Origin: Deltaproteobacteria bacterium TL4
GTDB lineage: Bacteria; SAR324; NAC60-12
Assembly: GCA_051382335.1 (NCBI GenBank)
Contig: JBBCAX010000053.1
Span: 1-15,126, forward strand
DNA length: 15,126 nucleotides
Direction: 5' to 3'
The stretch's first letter is position 1; every line of letters begins with the position of its first letter. Positions 7,286-15,126 of this stretch are shown here, one piece after another. The notes under the pieces were generated by a model, which was not told the DNA's origin, made no database searches, and worked only from the letters and a program-made list of their open reading frames with translations. A program made the translations under genes and the position numbers.

Positions 7286-10241
7286 GGTTCTATGAAATCT
7301 AGAAAACACGTCCTCTTCTCTGGCCTGATCCTGGGGATCCTCTTCTTTTTTAATGCTTGCGAAACCTTCCAGGAGCTTGACGAGGAACACGTTTCCACTC
7401 GTTCTGAGCTGGCCTTTGTGCTCAGCGAGATCAGCGGTAAAACCTCGGAAACAGGCAACTCCGCGACCTTTACCCTCCGCCTTGCCGAACAACCCGGCGC
7501 CGAGGTCACCATTCCTGTTTCCAGCGGCAATCAAGCGGAGGGCATTGTTTCGACTTCAAGCCTGGTTTTTACTCCTCAAACCTGGTATCAACCGCAACAG
7601 GTCACCGTCACGGGTGTCGATGATTTTGTCAAAGACGGAGATCAGGAATACGCGGTCCTCCTGGACGCTGCGGTCAGCACCGATCGTTATTATAACGGCG
7701 TCCGTCCTGCTCAGGTGCGGGTCATCAACATTGACAACGAATCCCCCGGCTTTTCCGTCAGCGCCATCAGTGGTCAAACTTCGGAATCCGGCAAAACCGC
7801 CACCTTCACGGTACAAATCCACTCTCAACCCGCCTCGGAGGTCGTCATTCCGTTGAAATGCGACAATGAAGGCGAGGGCCGTCTCGCTCAAAAAGAGCTC
7901 CGTTTTACCCCACAAGCTTGGGAAATCCCGCAGACGGTTCTGGTCGAAGGAGTTGACGATCAAGTGACTGACGGCGACCAGGAATACAACATCCTTTTGG
8001 AGGCGGTAGTGAGTGAGGACTCTGTCTATCAGGGCCTGGACCCCAACGATGTGCGAGTCCTCAACGAAGATAACGAAAAGCCCGGCTTCACCCTCAGCGA
8101 GATCAGCGGCAATACCACCGAAGCCGGAGAGACAGCCACCTTCACCGTCAAACTCAACAGTCAACCCACCGGTACAGTTGTCATTGCTGTGGTCAGTCTG
8201 AATGTCTCCGAAGGCACGGCTTCTCCCGCCAGTCTCACCTTTACGCCTGAAAACTGGAACGCCAAGCAAATCGTCACAGTCACTGGAGTTAATGATGATA
8301 TTGTCGATGGCAACCAAAGCTACAAGATTCAGTTGACTCTCAATTCAGCAAGCACCACTGACACCAGCGGCTATGCCTCCCTTGCTCCGAACCCTGTTTC
8401 AGTAACCAATACCGACGATGAAACCGCCGGTTTTACCATTAGCGCAATCAGCGGCAACACTAACGAATTAGGGGGTGCCGCCACTTTTACCGTCAAACTC
8501 AATAGCCAGCCAAATGGTAACGTGGTGATCAATGGGGTCACTTCCGACACCACGGAGGGAAGTGTCTCTCCCGCCCAATTAACCTTCACCCCCGACAATT
8601 GGAACGCTAAGCAAACGGTGACTGCAACTGGGGTCAATGACTATCTGATGGATGGAAACCAAAGCTATACCATTCAATTGACCCTTAATTTACAAAGTAC
8701 AACCGACACCAGCGGTTATTCCTCGCTAACTCCCGATGATGTTTCGGTGACCAACACGGACAACGACAGCGCTGGTTTTACGATCAGCAGCGTCAGCGGC
8801 AATTCTACTGAAGCGGACGGACAATCAACCTTTACCGTCAGACTCAACAGCGAGCCTACCGCGAATGTAAGCCTTGAACTTAGCAGCAGCGATACGACTG
8901 AAGGCACCGTCAGTCCTGTCACTCTCACCTTTACGCCCTTGAATTGGAACGCCAGCCAGACCGTGACGGTCACTGGCGTTAACGACGATGTAGCGGATGG
9001 CAATCAAAGCTATACGATTGTATTGGCCGCCGCCGTTTCCAGCGATATCAACTACAACAACCTGAATCCCAAGGACATGGAATTGACCAACACGGATAAC
9101 GACAGCGCGGGTTTTACGATCAGCAGCGTCAGCGGTAATACTACCGAAACCGGAGGAACCGCGACTTTTACCGTCAAACTCAATAGTGAACCGATTGAGG
9201 AGGTCAGCCTTGGAATTAGCAGCAGTGATTCTACCGAAGGCACAGTGACGCCTTCCAGTCTTGTGTTTACTCCCTTGAATTGGAATGCCAGCCAGACCGT
9301 GACGGTTACTGGCGTTAACGACGATCTGGCGGATGGCAATCAAAGCTATACGATTGTATTGGCTGCCGCCGTTTCAAGCGATACCAACTACAACAACCTG
9401 AACCCCGATGACGTAGGATTGACCAACACCGATGACGAAACCGCTGGTTTTACGATCAGCAGCGTCAGCGGCAATTCCACAGAAGCGGGAGGAACCGCGA
9501 CTTTTTCAGTCAAACTCAACAGCGAACCCACAGGGGATGTAACCCTTGGGATTAACAGCCCTGATTTAACGGAAGGCACAGTGACCCCTTCCAGTCTTAC
9601 TTTCACCACAGCCAACTGGAACGCCAACCAAACCGTCACGGTGGCGGGAGTTAACGATGATATTGCCGATGGGAACCAGGATTATTCCCTTCAACTCACG
9701 GTCAATACGGGAAGTACCCTGGACACCAGCGGTTATGCGGCGCTGCCCCCTAAGGCTGTCACTGTGATCAATACCGATGATGAAACCGCCGGCTTTACGA
9801 TCAGCGGCCTCAGTAAAAACACAGCGGAAGAGGGAACAACCGCGACGTTTACTGTAAAGTTAACCAGTCAGCCCACAGGGAATGTGATGCTCAATGTGGC
9901 CGCCTCTGATTCCACAGAGGGGACCGTGAGTCCTTCAATTCTCACTTTTACCACCGCCAACTGGAACGCTAACCAGACGGTGACTGTAACGGGGGTTGAG
10001 GACGAGATAGCTGATGGGAACCAGGACTATACCATTCAACTCACGATCAACGCTGGAAGTACCCCGGACATCAGCGGATACGCTTCACTGAACCCTGATG
10101 ATGTTTCTGTGATCAACATCGATGATGAGACCGCTGGCTTTACGATCAGTGCCCTCAGCGGCAACACCGCGGAAGATGGAACCATGGCGACTTTTACGGT
10201 CAAATTGAATAGTGAGCCGGAAGGAAATCTGGTGTTGAATC

Positions 10242-10395
10242 TAGGTCATCTAAATCGGCCAAAATAGCTTGCTCAAAAAGTGGACCTGCAAGAATGGCTC
10301 ACGAATCCTTATTTTCTGTGGGTTTCCTCCAATTTTTCAGAGTGCCAAAAGTGGGCAAAAAAATCACATCAAAAAGGCATGTTTTGGACGACCTA
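10242..10395. mobile_element. 154-bp MITE inserted in the adhesin gene
   Basis: Terminal inverted repeats TAGGTCATCTAAA and revcomp TAGGTCGTCCAAA (11/13); 9-bp direct repeat TGTTGAATC at 10233-10241 and 10396-10404; removing the element restores VLNLVSSNTKEG in frame. Confidence 0.9.
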
Positions 10396-13199
10396 TGTTG
10401 AATCTGGTCAGTTCCAACACCAAGGAGGGACTGGTTTCGCCCACGTCTTTAGTGTTCACCTCATCCAATTGGAACGCCAGCCAGACGGTGACCCTCATGG
10501 GTGGATGACGCGCTGATTGATGGAAATCAGAATTATACCATTGTTTTGACCACTGATACGGAGAATAGTACCCAAAGTGGAGCGTACCTGCCCCTCAATC
10601 CAGACGATGTTGCCGCCGTCAATATCGATAATGAGACAGCGGGTCTGGTGATTGGCTCCCTGGTTAATACAGCCGAAACGGGAACGTCTACGAAGTTTAC
10701 TGTAAAGTTAAGTCGTGTGCCGACAGGCAATGTGGTTCTGAATGTCGCCAGTTCAGATCTCACCGAGGGGACGGTTTCGCCTGCTTCATTGACCTTTATT
10801 ACTTCTGCCAACTGGAATGCCAACCAGGAGGTCACCGTCACTGGAGTGAATGATAACTTTGCTGACGGCAATCAGAGTTACATTGTTTCCTTGACCGTTA
10901 ACACTACCAGCACCGCGGACACTAGCGGCTATGCCGCTCTCAGCGCTGTCAATGTCGCCCTGCTCAACATTGATAACGAAACCGCGGGCTTTACCCTCAG
11001 CGCCATCAGTAGCAACACCGCGGAAGATGGAACCACAGCGACTTTTACGGTCAAGTTGAATAGTGAGCCGACCGGGGATGTGGTGCTTGACCTGCTCAGT
11101 TCAGACCTGACAGAGGCAACGGTCTCGCCGGCTTCGTTCACTTTTACCTCAGCCAACTGGAACACAAACCAGACGGGAACCGTGACAGGCGTGAACGATG
11201 CTATTGATGAGGGGAATCAAGCCTATCGCGTTCAATTGAGCGTTAATCAAACAGCTACGACCGATGCCACCGGTTATCTGGGACTTACTGAGGTTGTCCA
11301 TGTTACAAACACCGATGATGAAACGGTTGGCCTAACGGTGAGTACCTTGACCTCCAGCTCTTCAAACAGCGGCAACACCGCGGAAGATGGAACCCAGGCG
11401 ACCTTTACGGTCAAGTTGAACAGTGAGCCGACCGGGGATGTGGTTTTGGCGTTAGTCAGTTCCGATACCAAGGAAGGGACTATTTCTCCGGCTTCTTTGA
11501 CCTTTACCCCCTTAAACTGGAATGCCAATCAGATGGTGACGGTGACCGGAGTAGATGATACGCTTGCGGATGGCAATCAGAACTACACGCTTCAGGTGAG
11601 TGTTGCTACAGGAAACACCCAAGATACCAGTTATGCCGCGCTTCCTCCGGCAATTGTTGAGGCGAGCAATCGGGATGTTGGCGAAAGCCCCGCGTCAGGG
11701 TCAGTCTGATCAGTCGGAATATCTCAGAAACTCAAACCACCGCGACCTTCACCGTGAAATTAAATACTCAGCCCACAGGGTTTGTGGCAATCAATGTGGT
11801 GAGTTCTGATACCACCCAGGGTACCGTCTTTCCGACTTCTCTGACCTTTACCTCTTCCAACTGGAATACCAGCCAAACAGTAACGGTTACCAGAGTAGGG
11901 AGTAGTGTAGCCGATTATTATACGATTCAGCTTACGCTGAACACCGGTTCCACGACGGATTCATCGGGTTATGCCGCGCTGGAACCTCCCGATGTTACGG
12001 TCATCAATACCGCTGATCCAACCGCGGGCTTTACGCTCAGCGGCATTTTCGGCAATACGGCCGAAGACGGAACAACCGCTACGTTCACGGTGAAGTTAAC
12101 CAGTGTGCCTGCCAGCGATGTGGTGCTCAATGTGGTTTCTTCTGACACCACGGAAGGCACGGTTTCTCCCGCTGCCCTGACCTTCACCCCCTCCAATTGG
12201 AATACCAGCCAGACGGTCACGATGACGGGAGTCAATGATGATCTCGCTGATGGCCCTCAAAGCTACACCGCCCAACTCACCGTCAAAACAGGTACAGGCG
12301 GAACAGTCAGCGCGAATATCTATGCTATTCTCAAGCCTGAGGATGTCCGTGTGATCAATACCGATGATGAGACCGCGGGTTTCACGGTCAGTACCCTCAG
12401 CGGCAACACCGATGAAGCTGGAGGAACGGCCGCTTTCACAGTCGAACTCACGAGTCAGCCGACAGGGAATGTAATGCTTGATGTTGCCTCTTCAGACACG
12501 ACCGAAGGCACAGTTTCTCCCGCTACCCTGACCTTTACTTCCGCCAACTGGAATACCAGCCAGACGGTCACGGTAACTGGGATCGAAGATGATATTATAG
12601 ATGGCGACCAGAATTACGCGCTTCAACTCACCGTCAACTCAGGCGGCACCACTGATACTAGTGGTTATGCTGCCCTCAAGCCTGACTACGTTCCGGTTAC
12701 TAATTCAGGCTTGTTACCTGCTGCCAGAGTTGCTTTCACGGATACTGATCCCGACACTGGAGAAATTGGAGGCGTTGTGACGATTACTAAAGCCGGCAAT
12801 GAGAGTGAGGTGACTCACTATGTGCTCTATTGGGGGTCCAATGCGACGACCAAGCTCTCAGGCTATGAAGCGCTTAGCTCCATCGCTAAAACAGGCAGTG
12901 ACCTGACCTACAGTTTTAACGAAAATACCTCCATCCCCTCCGGTGTCAACTACCTCTTGGTCTTTACCAGAAATGATGCTGGCGAAATGACAACAGGGGT
13001 TAGTATTGGATTTAATTCCACTTTCGACAATGTAACGGGTCTTTGGTGGCAGGATAATGGTTATACAAGCACACATAACTGGAATAACGCGATCAGTTAT
13101 TGCGATAATCTTGATCTTGATGGCTATTCCGATTGGAGACTCCCCTCAAGCGACGAATTAGCTGGCTTGTACGCGAGAAGAAACATCCTTCGCTCTTTT

Positions 13200-13337
13200 G
13201 CGTCCTCGAACTATTGGTCGTCCACTACCGGCGCTAGCTATACGGGCGATGCGTGGCACGTGGACTTCTACAATGGTCACGTGTACAACTACTATAAGAC
13301 TAATACGTACTGTGTCCGTTGCGTCCGAGGAGGATAG
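13200..13337 (+). other. Putative DGR variable region (VR) at the 3' end of the DUF1566 domain
   Basis: YWSSTT...AW.V.F..G.V......YCVRCVRGG scaffold; the intervening codons are NNC/NNT types reachable from AAC/AAT; no codon from 13200 to 13325 ends in A. Confidence 0.75.
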
Positions 13338-13388
13338 TGAGTCGATTATTTGGTTATTTGGTCCTTTGATTATTTAAAAAAGTGGGGT

Positions 13389-13422
13389 ACAGGGGCTTGC
13401 CCCTTGTCGATTTTTTTTTTTT
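13389..13422 (+). terminator. GC hairpin plus T-tract after the adhesin gene (intrinsic terminator and/or DGR target hairpin)
   Basis: AGGGGC-TT-GCCCCT at 13391-13404, followed by a poly-T run at 13411-13422. Confidence 0.65.
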
Positions 13423-13536
13423 GAAATGGGGAGAAAGTATCCGACAGACATTGAACGCTTTCCGGGTGTGTGATCGTTTTAGAACCGCTCATTTTTACTT
13501 TACACAAAGCAATTCATTTTTTGAAGAGGAGGTTTC

Positions 13537-13961
13537 ATGGGAAAAGTCATGGTCTCGAAGGTGGTATTGAAGAATAATTATGAATATCAAAAGTCGTTGG
13601 AAGGGTTGATTTCTGAAAACCAGGTTCCTACCCAAACAGTTTCAATGGTTGCTGATACAGGAGCACGGGTTGTGGCGTTGCCTAAATCAATTGTCGAAGC
13701 CTTGGGATTGCCCAAAAACAGGGACGTTGGAGTCATGCTGGCTAATGGACAAAAAGAAATTCGTTCACTTTATGGAGAGCTGCGTCTAAAAATTGGAGAT
13801 CGGGAGAGTGTTTTTGATTGTATTGCCAATTCAGATGGCGCCCCCTGCTTTTAGGCCAAATTGTGCTGGAATCTCTGGATTTGGTGGTCGATGGCCTCCA
13901 TCAACGATTGGCTCTGAATCCAGAAGCGCATCCTGGAATGATGCTCTACGAAGAGTTTTAG
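13537..13961 (+). pseudogene. Clan AA (retropepsin-like) aspartic protease, frameshifted
   Basis: VADTGA catalytic motif and LANG flap; GAGGAGG RBS upstream; a missing base at about 13841-13852 hides the family C-terminus LLGQIVLESLDLVVD...MMLYEEF* (TAG at 13959-13961). Confidence 0.8.
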
Positions 13962-13967
13962 GGTTTC

Positions 13968-14038
13968 GTCCCGAGGAAATGCGGACCGTCGCTCCCTGGG
14001 ACGAAACCCAGGGCTACCGCAAATGAATTTAGGCTCTA
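13968..14038. repeat. 71-bp REP-containing repeat, copy 1
   Basis: 70/71 identical to 14929-14999; the minus strand reads GTAG-CCCTGGG-TTTCGT-CCCAGGG (GTAG plus hairpin). Confidence 0.85.
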
Positions 14039-14049
14039 GTATAAAGCCG

Positions 14050-14322
14050 GGCTACCGGTCTAAAGTGGGACAAAAACGTAGGTTGGGTAGAGCGTAGCGA
14101 AACCCAACGAAAAACGGACATTACTGCCTGGATGTTGGGTTTCGCTACCGCTCTACCCAACCTACTGAAATGCTGTCTGTCCCGTCTTAGGCCTGTTGGG
14201 TTTCGCTACCGCTCTACCCAACCTACTGAAATGCTGTCTGTCCCGTCTTAGGCCTGTTGGGTTTCGCTACCGCTCTACCCAACCTACTGAAATGCTGTCT
14301 GTCCCGTCTTAGGTCAGTAGCC
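14050..14322. mobile_element. 273-bp MITE carrying a REP doublet and an internal 61-bp triplication
   Basis: Imperfect 23-bp TIRs GGCTACCGGTCTAAAGTGGGACA and revcomp GGCTACTGACCTAAGACGGGACA; 8-bp direct repeat TAAAGCCG at 14042-14049 and 14323-14330. Confidence 0.88.
14133..14313. repeat. Perfect tandem repeat, 61-bp unit x3 (last copy 59 bp)
   Basis: TGTTGGGTTTCGCTACCGCTCTACCCAACCTACTGAAATGCTGTCTGTCCCGTCTTAGG(CC) starts at 14133, 14194 and 14255. Confidence 0.95.
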
Positions 14323-14328
14323 TAAAGC

Positions 14329-14426
14329 CGAAGCTCCAGCTTCGTTCCATTTCTTTTCAGAACACAGCGACTGAAGCGGGAGCCTCGAAAATGAATGGGT
14401 TCCCAAACTGGAGCTTGGAAACCAGA
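14329..14426. repeat. Remnant of another REP-like palindromic element
   Basis: CGAAGCT-CC-AGCTTCG, GAAGCGGGAGCCTCG and GTTCCCAAACTGGAGCTTGGAAAC are related hairpin motifs. Confidence 0.55.
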
Positions 14427-14499
14427 GGCGCACTGGTACTTAGGAAGCAGAGGCGCGTAACATGAGTGAATAATTGAAACCATTTTCAGTACCTGGATT

Positions 14500-14658
14500 A
14501 TGAAAGTTTATCTCGATAACTGTTGTTTAAATAGGCCCTTCGATGATCAATCACAATTTAGAATCAGGCTTGAGGCAGAAGCCAAACTTAAGAGTCAAAT
14601 TTTGAATAAGAATCAAAAAATCAGATGGATAACGGTTATTGATCCATTTGGCTTTTAA
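14500..14658 (+). pseudogene. PIN-domain (VapC-like) toxin remnant with an internal deletion, 52 aa
   Basis: [30 protein letters not shown] is a typical PIN N-terminus; it joins directly to a C-terminal-like ILNK...ITVIDPFGF. Confidence 0.75.
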
Positions 14659-14671
14659 AGGAAATGAAACT

Positions 14672-14884
14672 ATGATGACTGATACTGAAATAAAATTAAA
14701 AGGTTTTGAGGTTTTAAGTAATGCTCTTGGTTTGGTAGAAGCGGAGAAGTTTATTGCATTAATACAGAGAGAGCCATTTGATTACACTGAATGGAGAAAA
14801 AAGGGATTAGCAACAGATCTTTCAATTGAAGAGCTTAGTGAAAAAGCAATGGAACTTCAGAAAAAAATCGAATCGGGTAGGTAG
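14672..14884 (+). CDS. Small protein, probable antitoxin partner of the PIN gene
   Basis: MMTDTEIKLKGFEVLSNALGLVEAEKFIALIQREPFDYTEWR resembles small proteins found beside this PIN subfamily; AAGGA upstream. Confidence 0.7.
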   Translation: MMTDTEIKLKGFEVLSNALGLVEAEKFIALIQREPFDYTEWRKKGLATDLSIEELSEKAMELQKKIESGR

Positions 14885-14899
14885 CGGTTTTTTCCTTCT

Positions 14900-14925
14900 C
14901 GTTACCAAGGTCCACCTTGGTAACG
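14900..14925. repeat. Perfect 12-bp-stem hairpin (REP-like or terminator)
   Basis: CGTTACCAAGGT-CC-ACCTTGGTAACG. Confidence 0.65.
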
Positions 14926-14928
14926 TAT

Positions 14929-14999
14929 GTCCCGAGGAAATGCGGACCGTCGCTCCCTGGAACGAAACCCAGGGCTACCGCAAATGAATTTAGGCTCTA
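14929..14999. repeat. 71-bp REP-containing repeat, copy 2
   Basis: Direct repeat of 13968-14038 with one mismatch. Confidence 0.85.
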
Positions 15000-15126
15000 A
15001 TGGTGATGGCGTGCCAACCAACGGATATTTTTTCTTCAATCCAGCTACGCCATTCATCCAAACATTGATGGATGTCCGATTGCCGAAGATTTCTCCCATC
15101 TAAAGGTTCTTCAAATAAGGCTTTGG
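14990..15126 (-). CDS. Possible 3' end of a gene entering from the right edge (...KALFEEPLDGRNLRQSDIHQCLDEWRSWIEEKISVGWHAITIRA*)
   Basis: Frame is open from the window edge; its TAA lies inside the 71-bp repeat. Confidence 0.4.
   Translation of the reverse strand, partial: KALFEEPLDGRNLRQSDIHQCLDEWRSWIEEKISVGWHAITIRA

Larger units (their letters stand above)
7292..13337 (+). pseudogene. Giant surface lipoprotein/adhesin: lipobox, about 15 Calx-beta/Ig-like repeats of about 112 aa, one other beta-sandwich domain and a C-terminal DUF1566 (Lcl/CLec) domain; split into ORFs 7292-10267, 10501-11709 and 11754-13337
   Basis: MKSRKH-hydrophobic-FNAC lipobox; repeated GFT.S.ISGNT.E.G..ATFTVKLNS.P...FT..NWN..QTVTVTGVND...DGNQ.Y; C-terminal DNVTGLWWQ...WNNAISYC...GYSDWRLPS..EL...YWSST...VRCVR; the repeat register continues across all three breaks. 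Confidence 0.88.

Noticed and set aside
10269..10516. Two short ORFs (79 and 78 aa) as independent genes
   Set aside because: They are MITE sequence read through into the interrupted adhesin repeat
10497..11695. Compensating frameshifts (-2 then -1) preserving a functional protein
   Set aside because: The shifted frame hits TGA at 10506-10508 immediately, so no read-through product results
7240..12235. Many minus-strand ORFs such as MPSATSSLTPVTVTVWLAFQF...
   Set aside because: Antisense shadows of the repetitive Thr/Ser/Val-rich adhesin frame
14133..14313. CRISPR array (about 32-bp palindromic repeat with about 29-bp intervals)
   Set aside because: The intervals are identical, the repeat is the reverse complement of an adjacent GTAG REP, the whole lies inside TIRs and a TSD, and there are no cas genes
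13338..15126. A complete DGR cassette (TR, avd, RT) next to the target
   Set aside because: No AAC-rich copy of the VR and no RT-like ORF seen anywhere in the window

Overview
AT-leaning bacterial window with three parts. (1) 397-5029, minus strand: an intact, translationally coupled operon of a TetR regulator, a 1016-aa glycyl-radical enzyme (GRE) and a ferredoxin-containing GRE activase. The GRE has an unusual N-terminal extension of about 200 aa that looks like an SCP2 sterol/lipid-carrier domain, and a candidate double TetR operator lies just upstream. (2) 5458-13337, plus strand: a disrupted PEGA-domain exported protein gene followed by a giant lipoprotein adhesin gene (about 1960 aa when reconstructed, about 15 Calx-beta/Ig-like repeats). 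The adhesin ends in a DUF1566/CLec domain whose last ~45 codons and 3' flank look like the variable region of a diversity-generating retroelement (DGR). No template repeat or reverse transcriptase is in the window, so it would be a remote target. The adhesin gene is broken by a 154-bp MITE with a 9-bp target duplication and by two frameshifts. (3) 13537-15126: a frameshifted clan-AA aspartic protease gene, nested REP/MITE elements, an internally deleted PIN toxin with an intact partner gene, and the end of a minus-strand ORF. An orphan group II intron D5-D6 remnant lies at 5134-5202. All domain calls come from motif recognition by eye; no searches were run.
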